Source of the DNA: Octopus sinensis
Taxonomy: Eukaryota
DNA length: 52,257 bases
NCBI RefSeq assembly: GCF_006345805.1
Contig: NW_021833961.1
Span: 1-52,257, forward strand
Direction: 5' to 3'
The notes under the pieces are model-generated. The model did not search any database. It was not told the DNA's origin and saw only the letters and a list, made by a program, of their open reading frames with translations. Both the position numbers and the translations under genes were made by a program. Each line of letters opens with the position of its first letter. The first letter of the stretch is position 1. Shown piece after piece: positions 35,891-48,980 of the stretch.

Positions 35891-36668
35891 ACACACATAC
35901 ACACAGAAACAGGCAGACAGACAATTTCCGGTGTGGCCTGACCGGAAAATCAGAAGATTAACATTAATATTACAATTAATTTAATTAAATAAAATTAAAG
36001 TTTCTGGATGAAAAAACAGGCAAAGTATCAGAAGAAGTAACCCATATCATTTTTCCTGACAAGTTTCTTTGGATTTTTGATTTAAATAAATTAAACCTTA
36101 ACTTTATCCTAAAATGTTAATCTAAATCATAATCCTACTCCTTATACAGATCGTGCTGTATAGGCAGCTGGAGTCGATGTCTCCTGGGGCTAAATTACAG
36201 CAACATACGTCCTAAACTAGGACTGCCATGTTATGTTGGCAAACAATCTTTACTCCAAAGTACTGTTGCTGAATATCTCTCGTTGTGAGATTTAAAAATA
36301 GCAATTTTCTACTCGATTTTGTTTTTTAAATTGTAACTTCTGCTTTAAGCATAATTCTAAATCAGTGTTTATATATCATATACGAAAATAAAATGTAATT
36401 CAGCAACGATTGCCAAAGATCATCATCATCATCATCACACACACATATATAATTATTATTATTGTTGATGTTATTATTAAAGCCGCAAAAGCATCGCAAA
36501 AATCCGCTACTCAGATTCACGTTCCTGTTCGTCGAGAATCTCATTCTCAATCTAAACTGTCCGATTTGATAATAATGAAGCGTATTACTTTACCTGCGGT
36601 ACTCGAATACTATATTTTCCCCACCTTGTGCTTACTTTGGTGTATGTATGTATGTGTGTGTGTGTGTG

Positions 36669-36711
<43 letters not shown>

Positions 36712-37814
36712 TATACAAGCAAATGCATTCGTCCTTTCGACAGTTTAAGTTGCTTTGGTGGTATTGTTTTCACCAAATAATGGAACTGCCTAGAAGGTTT
36801 ATGAGTAGAACGGCAATCTACGTTCCGATTAACCTCGGAACAGAAAACCAAATTGGAGGCTGGTTATTGTTGAGGTCATTGCACTTTAATAATTATGGAA
36901 CATATAAGTTTGAAAGCGATGCAAAGTAGAGCTACTGAAGTGTTTTGGGAGTAAATTATGGATAATTACTACAAAATATAATTGTTTTACATGAAAGCAA
37001 AATGTTTTGTCAGAAACGGTCACATAAATGGTGTATGGAAATTGAAGGAAGACGTTGAAACTTCCCCACTGCGAGGTTATTTTATTCAACAGCAAAGGGA
37101 GCTATATTTTTTGGAGAGAAGTATGATTGGTACGTTCAAAAATGGCATTATAAAACCTACTTGAAAAAAGTAGAGTTAAAGGAATGCATTTGCTACGTAC
37201 TTACAGTGTACGACCACTCTGAAACTGACTTCAGGTAACGAAAGATGAAGACATGAACAGTTTGACTTCACGAATACTGCTTTTAATCTTTAGCAGTTCG
37301 CAGTGAAAAGATGTCGCGTTCGAAATATAATAAACGATGGGTAAATAAGCATCCTTAAAGTGAAACAACGCATTGGTAGGTAAACAAAGGTATCAACAAA
37401 TAGAAGAAAGGGAAGAGAACTTCACCTTTCAAGTAACTCAGAATAGGAAAAGTTAAGCTTGCCATAGTTTAATGCAGTTTAAATATGGAGATTAAGATTG
37501 TTTGGGGCTGGATATCATCGCGTACAGTGTTCCTAGTCAATTTAATTACCGCCACAACTTTCTCTCACTCTCTCCTCCTGCATCAAGCAGCTCACCTGAG
37601 ACGGCCCGGCGTCCTGTCCAGATGAGGAACCTGTATGCCAATGAAACCAGGAAACCGGTCCTAGTGTGCCAATCATAGCTCAACAAGGAACAAACAACAA
37701 CAATTAATAATACACATTTACAACATATTATTAAACAATTACAGGTGGACAGTCGAAATAAATAAATGGGCAAAATCCTTTCACTTTTATATTCTCTAAC
37801 CAAGTAATAATACA

Positions 37815-38005
37815 CAGTGACCGCGTGTGTACTGTTGGCGATTTTTTTTTCCTCCGTTTTCCCTTCTCTGGATCTTTCCTTTTCCTATGTTTCTGATGAA
37901 GAGCTCCGCTCTTCCCTTCCTTCTTGAGCGTCCAATAATACTATATTTGTTCCACGTCCTCGCGTTGTTGTTTTCTCTTTGTGTTTTCATGTTTGAATCA
38001 ACTTT
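37815..38005 (+). mobile_element. Penelope-like terminal-repeat fragment, hammerhead partly deleted
   Basis: GTTT-CTGATGA-A-GAGCTCCGCTC (37889-37911) present; GAAACGTCAAAC absent. Confidence 0.7.
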
Positions 38006-40029
38006 ATATATATATATATATATACACACACACAGAAAGAAGTTTTGGAAATTTCGTGGGTAGTGATGTCGTTGGTAAATTCTGAGATTTTCAGGAAAGT
38101 GTATGCAGTGTGTAATGGAACCGTGAAAGAATATCCTATTTCTCACCGTTGGTCTCAAATGAATATAATCTGCTGGTGGCTTCTACCGTTCACCGCAAAA
38201 TGCTATATGGCGTCCATGAGGCTGAATAATTTGATTCTACTCATGTTTAATCACAATTTGAATAAATGGCAGAAACAGTTCATTATTTTGATATTGATTT
38301 CAAGGAGAAAACAATCTTTATGTATTTCTTTTTCTTTTTGTGTGGGTGGGATTTACCCAATAAAATGAAAGTATACTGAAAACATGATAAAAGTAATTTG
38401 TTAAAGACGAAATGCCATTATAAAACTGTCGATCTCAATGCTATGACAAGGCTGATTATAAAAGTTGTGCCCAGCAGAAGACTAATGAAAATGCTGCAAA
38501 ACTATTTGTGTAAGCTGTGATAATTATTCTCCCAATTTGGTTGGGTGAACTTTTTGATGAAATAACTGTCAGCAGCAGATACAATTTCTGAAGTCCACAA
38601 AGTTAATCATTTTCGTTCGTTCACAGTGAAACTGCACATTTTGAAACTGTCAGCTTTCTAAGACCCAACGAGAAACGCGACAGTGTGCAGTGAAGCTTGA
38701 GAAACAGATTAAAAGCAATGGAATAGTGTTAGGAATTGATGGTTTCCAAGGTCCTTCAAAACTGCTCCGGCAGTTTGGAATGACTACGTATTGTCTTGTT
38801 ATCATTTTGAAAATGCTGACCAGACACCTTTAGGGTACTTTATAACGGATTTCAAAGTTTCTCTTTGATCCGGCATTTATGTACGATGTATTATTCTAAT
38901 TATTTCTTCTTTCTGAGTCTTAACGGAAAGAGATATTTTGATAGTTCATGCAAACAAGTCATAGCAGCTTACAGTCTTTAGAAATAACGAAGAAACACAA
39001 GGTTAAAACGTCTCAGAAGCAGAGAATGTCCGTAAGGAAATGCTGTTTGTATCAGTAAGAGAGATAACCAAATTATTTCAATAAAACGTAGTTTGTTAAA
39101 CTTCAATCATAAACACTATACAGCAGTGATTATTCAGTCCAACTTCTTTATATTAATCGACAAAATTAAAACTAGTTACGTCTAATACAGTTCTATAATT
39201 GGTTTCGGTCTGATTATAATAATCTACAGAATTTTCGTGAATTGACTTGTGAAATACTGGAAAAGAGTATTTGTAAAATTCTATTCAACGAAGGCGAGCG
39301 CTGAGCAACAAACAGCGAAGAATTATTGTTCTAAAGGGATTCTATGCAAAAATAAGGAGTAGGCTGTGAACAACGTGAGGGATCTCATGGCTATAAAAAC
39401 ATCACAGTTTTCTAATACCATTTTCTGAATCAGGTCTAATTGCACAAAAATGGCAGTTTTTATCGTTCACACAAGAGTAATAAAATCGAAGGGGTTCATC
39501 TATAAGTTATGCTAAAAACATAAAAGTGAAATATTTCAATTTACACATAAATAATTTTTTTTTTTTAATTTTCTTTGATAAACCGTGTCAAATCATGCTA
39601 AGCGCATCGCCATTATGGAGCAGGTTTTCTTATCAACGCTTGGTTGCGGTAAACAATATCGTCTGCTTATATAGGACAATTTATATGTCACAAACATCTT
39701 CCAAAACTATGGCAACACTATACGAACATAGATGGATTAGAATAAAGCAAGGATCAAGAACGTATTGACATTGGCTCCGTGTTGTTGCCTGTCCCCCATC
39801 AAATAACCGTCTATAGTCAATTTCATTGGAATTTTTTTTCCGGAAGCTGAGAGCATCCCTGGAACCACAACTGCGTTTACCACTACAACACCACACACAC
39901 ACACACCTGAGTAACACTAAAATGCGTTCCCTCGTTGCTTTCTTTTATGCTGCACCGCTACAAGGATGAAGACACAAACGATCATATACATACTCGTATA
40001 TTAAAAAATAAGTACCAGTGTATTTCTAT

Positions 40030-41105
40030 GTAAAGATGTGTAATATTATATATATACATACATATATGAGTGTATATATGTATATATATATATACATACA
40101 TACATACATATATAAGTATATATATATGTCATATATAAGTATATATATGTATATATGCATATATATATATGCATATATATATGTATGTATACATATGTAT
40201 ATATTTATATATATGTATATATACATATGTATATATTTATATATATTTATGTATATGTATATATGCATATATATATGTATATATGCATATGTATATATGC
40301 ATATATATATGTATATATGCATATATATGCATATATATTGTATATATCATATATATATGCATATATATATGCATATATTATGCATAATATATGTATTATG
40401 CATGTATATATGCATATATATATGTATATATGCATATGTATATATGCATATATATATGTATATATGCATATGTATATATGCATATATATATGTATATATG
40501 CATATGTATATATGCATATATATGTATATATGCATATATATATGTATATATGCATATGTAATATGCATATATATATGTATATATGCATAGTATAATGCAT
40601 ATATATATATGCATATATATATGTATATATGCATTGTATATATCATATATATATGTATATATGCATATATATATGTATATATGCATATATATATATAAGT
40701 ATATATGTATATATGCATATATATATGTATATATGCATATATATATATAAGTATATATGTATGCATGCATATATTATATGTATATATGCATATATATAAA
40801 GTATAATGCTATAATACATATGTATATATATGTATATATACATGCATGTGTGTGTGCGTATGTGTGTATAAATACACACATACACATATACAAATATAGC
40901 AATGCTTTGTATTTATGTGTGTATGTGTCTGTGGATAAGTGTATGTGTATATGCATACATGCCTTCAAACACATGCACATACGTGTAAAATATATATGTA
41001 TATATATTCAGATACATATATATAATATATATATATATAATATATAATATTCATTCATATCAGATACATATATATATTCATTCATATACAGATACATATG
41101 TATGC

Positions 41106-41142
<37 letters not shown>

Positions 41143-41196
41143 CTTACGTACATACATACAGAGACACATACGTATATATAAATACTGATATATATA

Positions 41197-41243
<47 letters not shown>

Positions 41244-41260
41244 ATATATATCCATGTGTA
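40030..41260. repeat. Large complex AT-rich array (TATATGCA/TATATG units)
   Basis: Direct reading. Confidence 0.95.
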
Positions 41261-41983
41261 CGATGATATCCATGTGTACGTGTACGTCTATCTGAATCGA
41301 CGCGTATACGCATGGATACTTTAGATGCGTAGCAAAATGGCAAAATGGTTGAAATCATTTTTATGCTGAATTCAGGACTTTTGAGATATATCGTTTTACT
41401 TCAGTAAACAAGAAACCAGATTGCTTAGAGCCAATGGCATGTTTACTCTAACAGACCACTTCTTTCTCTGCAATCTACCGTTTCACTACACCAATCAAAG
41501 TACTCACCCTTTCTCTCTCTCTCTATCTATCTATCTCTTCCTCTTTCTTTCTTCTCTTTCTATCACTTTTTTCATCCTCTCTCTCTCTCCCTCCTCTTTA
41601 TTTTCTCTGTATCACTAGCTTCTATTGTTTCACACTAAAGCTTCTATTTAGTTCTATTAAATCCGTTATTCTCCACCAAATGTTTGCGCATAGACATATA
41701 CGCAACTGCGCATGCACAAACACATACACACAAACAGAAACAAACGCACGCGCGCACACACACATATTGTCATACACACACATACAAATGTTCTCTCTTT
41801 GTATTACACAGTCTTTGTCTAATTCCCTCCCTTTTTTCTTTCTCTCTTTTTTTTTGCATCAACTTTATGTTTGTCACTCTTCCTCTTGCGCACACACACA
41901 ACTTTTTTATTATTTACATCCTTTGTTATGTACTAGCTATATATATATACATATATATATATGTATATACATATATATATGTA

Positions 41984-42015
<32 letters not shown>

Positions 42016-42119
42016 GCATACACCTGTATATATTTATGTGTGTGTGCGTATGTATGTATGCAGGTATTTGTGCACGCACACCTATATGTACTTGTATATG
42101 CATGTTCGTGCCTATAAAC

Positions 42120-42262
42120 ATGCATATATATTATATATAAATATTACACATATATATGCATATATATTATATATAAATATTACACATATATATGCATATA
42201 TATTATATATAAATATTACACATATATATGCATATATATTATATATAAATATCACACGTATA
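42120..42262. repeat. 36-bp minisatellite, about 4 copies
   Basis: TGCATATATATT recurs at 42121, 42157, 42193 and 42229. Confidence 0.93.
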
Positions 42263-42691
42263 TATACATATATATACACACATATGTATGAATACATAGA
42301 CACACACACATATCTATATATACGTGTGTGTGTGTGTGTGTGAATATATATGCTTATATATATAATACGTAAATATATATATATATATACATATATATTA
42401 TGTTACTTTTACTTTCCCTCTCTCTCAGACACACACGCATACGCAGCAGCACACGCGCACACATAGCCACATATACATACAAAATGTCTGACTTCCTGTA
42501 GGTTAGTTTCCAATTGTGTTAGATATATAATGCTCTCCATTATCTCGTGCTTTTCTCAACCAACCAAACGAATGTAAAAAACATAGATTCAGCTATGTCA
42601 CTAAATTTGTGTTTCAATCTATTTTTGCCACACTATATGTTATTTTGAATTTTGTGAGGGATTTTTTGTGAGTTTCTCTCTTTGTTTTTTG

Positions 42692-42722
<31 letters not shown>

Positions 42723-42776
42723 GTCGCCATTTCTTTGCATTTTTTTCTCAGGTTGTCATTCCAGTTATTATTTTTA

Positions 42777-44232
42777 AGGCGGTGAAAAAGGCGGTGAGCT
42801 GGCAGAAACCTTAGAACGCCGGGCGAAGTGCTTAGCGGTATTTCGTCTGTCGTTACGTTGTGAGTTCAAATTCCGCCGAGGTCGACTTTGCCTTCATCCT
42901 TTCGGGGTCGATAAATTAAGTACCAGTTACGCACTGGGTCGATGTAATCGACTTAATACCTATGTCTGTCCTTGTTTGTCCCCTCTATGTTTAGCCCCTT
43001 GTGGGTAATAAAGAAATAGGTATTTTGTCTGCCGCTACGTTCTGAGTTCAAATTCCGCCGAGGTCGACTTTGCCTTTCATCCTTTCGAGGTCGATTAAAT
43101 AAGTACCAATCACGCACTGGGATCGATATAATCGATTTAATCCGTTTGTCTGTCCTTGTTTGTCAAGAAATGGGTATTTCGTCTGTCTTTGCGTTTTTAG
43201 TTCAAATTCCACCGAGGTCGACTTTGCCTTTCTTCCTTTCGGGGTCGATAAATTAAGTACCAGTTACGCACTGGGTCGATGTAATCGACTTAATACCTAT
43301 GTCTGTCCTTGTTTGTCCCCTCTATGTTTAGCCCCTTGTGGGTAATAAAGAAATAGGTATTTTGTCTGCCGCTACGTTCTGAGTTCAAATTCCGCCGAGG
43401 TCGACTTTGCCTTTCATCCTTTCGAGGTCGATTAAATAAGTACCAATCACGCACTGGGATCGATATAATCGATTTAATCCGTTTGTCTGTCCTTGTTTGT
43501 CAAGAAATGGGTATTTCGTCTGTCTTTGCGTTTTTAGTTCAAATTCCACCGAGGTCGACTTTGCCTTTCTTCCTTTCGGGGTCGATAAATTAAGTACCAG
43601 TTGCGTACTGGGGTCGATCTAATCGACTGGCCTCCTCTCCGCAAATTTCAGACCTTGTGCCTAGAGTAGAAAAGGTTATTATGAAGGTGGCGAAAAAGGC
43701 GGCGAGCTGGCAGAATCGTTAGCACGCCGGGCAAAATACTTAGCGGCATTATGTCTCTACGTTCTGAGTTCAAATTCCGCCAAGGTCGACTTCGCCTTTC
43801 ATCCTTTCAGGGTCGATAAAACAAGTATCAGTTAAACACTGGGATCGATGTAATCGACTCATCCCCTCCCCCAAAATAACTGCCCTTGTAGCAGCATTTA
43901 AAATCTTTATTAAAGCGGCGTAAGGCGGTGAACTGGCAGAATTGCTAGCATGCCGGACTAAATACTTAGCTGCATTTTCGTCCGTCTTAACGTTTTGAGT
44001 TCAAATTCCGAGGGTTCCAACTTTGCCCTTTACCTTTTCAGGATCGATAGAATGATTTCACTTTGAGCACGGGGATCGATGCAACTGACTTGCTCTTTCC
44101 TTTAAAATTGCTGGCCTTGTGCCAATATTTGAAACCATTACTAAGGTAGCCAGTGGAGAGACTGTTAGAGCGTCGGAAAAAATCCATTGCGCTATTTTTT
44201 CCGACTTATTACGTTCTGAGTTCAATTTCTGC
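42777..44232 (+). mobile_element. SINE A concatemer and cluster
   Basis: One head with five bodies (42790-43680) including an exact 337-bp duplication, then further heads at ~43697, ~43922 and ~44148. Confidence 0.92.
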
Positions 44233-44425
44233 CATTTTGAGGTTTCCCAGTATCTGAGCCAGGTAGGAATCAGCCCCTCTTGCTATCGATCCTAGGACAC
44301 TTATGACCACAGGTGTTGTTTTAGTCTTGAAGTTCCGCATTTTGCCAATTTCTATTTCAAAATCTTTATACTTGCTCAGTTTTTGGTAGGTCTTGACACA
44401 TCGAAGTTCAACCGACACACCATCT
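44231..44425 (-). mobile_element. RLE-type LINE C-terminal fragment
   Basis: QKLSKYKDFEIEIGKMRNFKTKTTPVVISVLGSI. Confidence 0.8.
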
Positions 44426-44964
44426 CAACAACATGTTTACAAACACCGGGAACTCTCTTAACACAAAATGTCTTGTCGCTTTGTTAGCAACAAGCCATAA
44501 CACCGTCAAGAACCTAAATAAGACTCAAAGAAAAAATATGTATGTGTATGGGGATCTCCATCGGTCCACAATGAAGATTCATTTGATCGTTGAAAACAAT
44601 TTCTTGAAAATGAACGAACGTATAAGTAGAGCAATTTTCAGATAGAATAGGGGTGACAAACTGTATGACGGGACTGGACCTTTTGAATTCTGTATACAAT
44701 CCTCTCGACGTGATTCTATACAAGGATGTAAATGGAGTTTTAAACGTTGATTAACTGTTATGCTATCTCATTTGAAATAGCAATTATTCAATGTAGATAG
44801 ATAAATAGATAGATAGATAGATAGGTAAAAAAGAAATGTTGAAAATGTGCTATATTTTTTGTATGCATATTTGAAATATCTGAGTAGAGCAAGATGTTTT
44901 TGACACAGGAGATAAATGTCATGTATGTATGTATGTATGTATACATGTATGTGTGTGCATATTT

Positions 44965-45039
<75 letters not shown>

Positions 45040-45073
45040 TATATATAATATATATATATATATATATAGATAT

Positions 45074-45108
<35 letters not shown>

Positions 45109-45469
45109 GAAGTTGGAGATAAAAAAATGTTTTCACATAAAAGAATGTTATCATATAACAAAATGTTTGACTGAAAATATATTTGTACATGTTTTCACAA
45201 AATGAGTTTTACAAAAGAAGAAAGTCACATTCTACTAATAAGTTTTCATATAAAATAAAAGAACTGTTTTACTGAATAAATATTAGTGCATGTTTAAACA
45301 AAAGAATAATAAATCGCCATGCACACAGTGAAAATCAGAACGATGACATTTATATCCATTCTGAATACGTTACTGCATATTCGAACGTGAAACAGATTTT
45401 TATATTTATAAAAATGTTTACTTTACACAGGAGTTAATTTTTCTAAATAGAATATGGCGCATATGAAAA

Positions 45470-45985
45470 TATAGTGGGTGTTGTATGTTACAGCCTTAAT
45501 TAGGAAAATTCTTTGGTTTGTATTTGTCAATAAATTATATTTCTTTATTATTTGTTACTATTCTGTAGTTGAGTCATTACACTGACATAATCGAAAGACT
45601 ATACAGATTTTATAAGATTTGCCTTCTGCAATTTTCTTTATGTTGACTTAGGAGAACTTCCCTTGTACATGGTTCTCTGATGTGTTGGCGATATACAGCC
45701 ATTCTTTTTCTGAATGTCAAATATGCTTGTCCAGTGTATTCACGATCAGCTTTTACATGTTATAATATATATTAAGTCGTCTGAATTTCAAGAAAGATTT
45801 TTTTGTTGTTGCTGTTGTTTTGAAATTAGGGCCGTCATTCAAATAGGATGTTGAACCTTCTTATAGGTTGCTAAATACTCTACAATTTGGAAGGTTACAT
45901 TTACTGACTTTAGAACCAGAATTTAGTAAATGCAGTTTTGTATTGATCAGTATCTTTTTTCAGTAACATCTCTTATCTCTGTTCA
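45470..45985 (-). pseudogene. Penelope-like element Cys linker plus GIY-YIG endonuclease, decayed
   Basis: KVSKCNLPNC...EG; DLIYIITCKS; EYTGQAYLTFRKRMAVYRQHIR...LSQHKENC; KEI*FIDKYKP. Confidence 0.8.
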
Positions 45986-46037
45986 TAATTTTATGTTTTC
46001 CATATATATATATATATATATATAATATATATATATA

Positions 46038-46179
46038 ATTTAAAGAAAACAGAAAACGGAGAAATATTGATGAACAACAATTGTCTTCACATCAATATTA
46101 TTTATTAATTCAATACAAATAGGCTGTAAGTCAATCGTTGTTCATCATTATTTCTCCATTTTCTGTTATCTTTAAATTT
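46038..46179. repeat. ~41-bp imperfect inverted repeat with ~58-bp spacer
   Basis: AATTTAAAGAAAACAGAAAACGGAGAAATATTGATGAACAAC vs GTTGTTCATCATTATTTCTCCATTTTCTGTTATCTTTAAATT. Confidence 0.85.
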
Positions 46180-46491
46180 TAATTCTTGACAAACTCATGT
46201 TTATATTTGTCTTTACCTATAATTTCTGAGCATAACATGCTTGCATATGTATGCCCATGGTTACACATTAAGTAATATATCGGTAGTATAATAGATACTT
46301 CTATCCTTTAGACGGTTATTTTAACCTATAACTCACCTAACCTCATATATATTATATATGTTTGACTTCATAGCACCACCTAATAGAATCTGTTACGTCA
46401 TTTTTAAGTCCAGTTTTGTGGTTTCATGATCCACTCAAGTATGAAGTTGTTGACCGAGATGTACCCAAGTATTGGCAGCTTATCCGGTATT

Positions 46492-46544
<53 letters not shown>

Positions 46545-46565
46545 TATATTATATATATATATATA

Positions 46566-46594
<29 letters not shown>

Positions 46595-46597
<3 letters not shown>

Positions 46598-46889
46598 GAG
46601 GCCCAGTGGTTAGGGCAGCTGACTCGCGGTCGTAGAATCGCGGTTTCGATTCCCAGACCGGGCGTTGTGAGTGTTTATTGAGCGAAAACACCTAAAAGCT
46701 CCACGAGGCTCCGGCAGGGGGTGGTGATCCCTGCTGTACTCTTTCACCACTCTTTCTCCCACCATTTCTTCTGTTGGCCTGCTCGCTAAGCCAGCGGGGT
46801 GGCGTCATTCTAAGGCTAAAACAATGCGAACGCATTGTGACCAGCGATGTGTAACTACATCTGATGGACTGGTTGGTCACGTGATCAAG

Positions 46890-46890
<1 letters not shown>
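46595..46890 (+). mobile_element. SINE family D, full-length (tRNA head, RTE-like tail)
   Basis: AGTGGTTAGG A-box, GGTTTCGATTCC B-box; tail shared with 18215-18268, 30797-30858 and 3775-3840. Confidence 0.82.
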
Positions 46891-46945
<55 letters not shown>

Positions 46946-47000
46946 TGATTGATTGATTCTAGTTTCAGCTCATGAGCTGTGGCCATGCTGATATATATAT

Positions 47001-47380
47001 ACTCTTTTACTTGTTTCAGTCATTTGACTGCAGCCATACTGGAGAACCGCCTTTAGTCGAGCAACTCGACCCCGGGACTTATTCTTTGTAAGCCCAGTAC
47101 TTATTCTATCAGTCTCTTTTGCCGAACCGCTAAGTGACGGGGACGTAAACACACCACCATCGGTTGTCAAACAATCCTAGGGGGACAGACACACAAACAC
47201 ACACATATATATACATATATACGACAGGCTTCTTTCAGTTTCCGTCTACCAAATCCACTCACAAGGCATTGGTCGGCCCGGGGCTATAGCAGAAGACACT
47301 TGCCCAAGATGCCACGCAGTGGGACTGAACCCGGAACCATGTGGTTGGTTAGCAAGCTACTTACCACGCAGCCACTCCTA
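47001..47380 (-). mobile_element. SINE family B
   Basis: Reverse complement matches 12200-12707. Confidence 0.9.
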
Positions 47381-47583
47381 ATATATATATATATATTACT
47401 ATACAATATGCCATTATATATTGCGTAACAACTGGCTCATCCCTCGTTTTATATAGCTGTTTGTATACCAAAAATCCCACACAACAGCATCAGCACCATC
47501 ACCACCACCAAAAGTCCCACATATGATGTTACCCTTTCAAGTATTTTGCTGTGGTTATGCGCCCTTGTAGCAAATAAAAGTAA

Positions 47584-48140
47584 TTCTTCTTCTTCGTCTT
47601 CTTCTTCTTCTTCGTCTTCTTCGTCTTCTTCTTCGTCTTCTTCTTCGTCTTCTTCGTGTTCTTCGTGTTGTTCTTCTTCGTCCTCTTCGTCTTCGTCCTC
47701 TTCGTCTTCGTCCTCTTCGTCTTCGTCCTCTTCGTCTTCGTCGTCTTCGTCTTCTTCTTTGTCCTCTTCTTCTTCGTCTTCTTCTTTGTCCTCTTCGTCT
47801 TCGTCCTCTTCGTCTTCGTCCTCTTCGTCTTCGTCCTCTTCGTCTTCGTCTTCTTTGTCTTCTTCTTCTTTGTCTTCTTCTTCGTCTTCTTCTTCTTCGT
47901 CTTCTTCTTCTTCGTCTTCTTCTTCTTCGTCTTCGTCTTCTTCGTCTTCGACTTCTTCGTCTTCTTCTTCGTCTTCTTCGTCTTCTTCGTCTTCGTCTTC
48001 GTCTTCGTCTTCTTCTTCTTCGTCCTCTTTGTCTTCGTCTTTATCTTCTTCTTCGTCTTCTTCCTCTTTGTCTTCGTCTTTATCTTCTTCTTCGTCTTCG
48101 TCTTTTTCTGCTTCTTCTTCTTCGTCTTCTTCGTCTTCTT
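47584..48140. repeat. Complex (TCT/TCG/TCC)n trinucleotide array
   Basis: Direct reading. Confidence 0.96.
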
Positions 48141-48159
48141 GTACATCCTGTTTCATAGC

Positions 48160-48420
48160 TTGTTGAGACGAATCAAACCACGAGTCTGAAACACCAGATG
48201 GAAGATCTCACGTGATTAATGGCACTTTGTCCTCCGTGAACTTCTTGGTTGCGTAGATATTGACGTTGGCTGGATACGGTCACTGAACTTCTCAGCTTCC
48301 TTCTTCATAAGTTCTAGGGCTCTGATGACCACTGGCATTATTTTGGTCGTCGTATTCCATGTCCTCTTAAATTTGATCTCCAACATTTCGTACTTGGCGT
48401 TCATGGCCAGCTTATCTGCG
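48160..48420 (-). mobile_element. RLE-type LINE C-terminal fragment, diverged
   Basis: AKYEMLEIKFKRTWNTTTKIMPVVIRAL. Confidence 0.65.
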
Positions 48421-48844
48421 ACTGTCATGCAGTTGCTTCTTTCTGAGAGAATTCCTCAAGTCGTGATTGTTATCATTGACATTATCGCCACTAATACTGC
48501 TGGTTCTACAATCATCAGCATCATCTCCATCATAACCATAATCGTCATTAACCTCAGCAGCAACAACAACAACAATCACAATCACAAAAGCAACAAAGAT
48601 ATTAATTCCATCGTCGTCACCGTGCATCTATTTTTTTTTTGTTGTTTCAGACATTATATTCTTTATAACATGACCACCACCACCACTAACAGCACCAACA
48701 TCTTCCTTATTATTATCGCCATCGTCATCATCAGCAGCAACAGTATCATCATCATCATCATCATCCTCAGTAGAAGTGTCCTAAACTTCGTCAAAATCAT
48801 TATGACGAACACAGCCAACACCAACACCATCTCCACCATCATCT

Positions 48845-48980
48845 TGCTTTCATCATCATCATCACCACCACCGCCACCACCACCGCCACCACCACCACCA
48901 CCACTACCACCACCACTACCACCACCACCACCACCACCGCCACCACCACCACCACCGCCACCACCACCACCACCGCCACC
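48845..48980. repeat. (CAT)n/(CCA)n microsatellite
   Basis: Direct reading. Confidence 0.95.

Noticed and set aside
44642-44727. Plus-strand candidate exon (RIGVTNCMTGLDLLNSVYNPLDVILYKD)
   Set aside because: Weak pyrimidine tract, no recognisable homology, no compatible partner exon
46838-46880. Type III hammerhead in the SINE D/RTE tail (ACATCTGATG)
   Set aside because: No GAAA or NUH in register and the core differs between copies; better explained as a LINE 3' stem-loop
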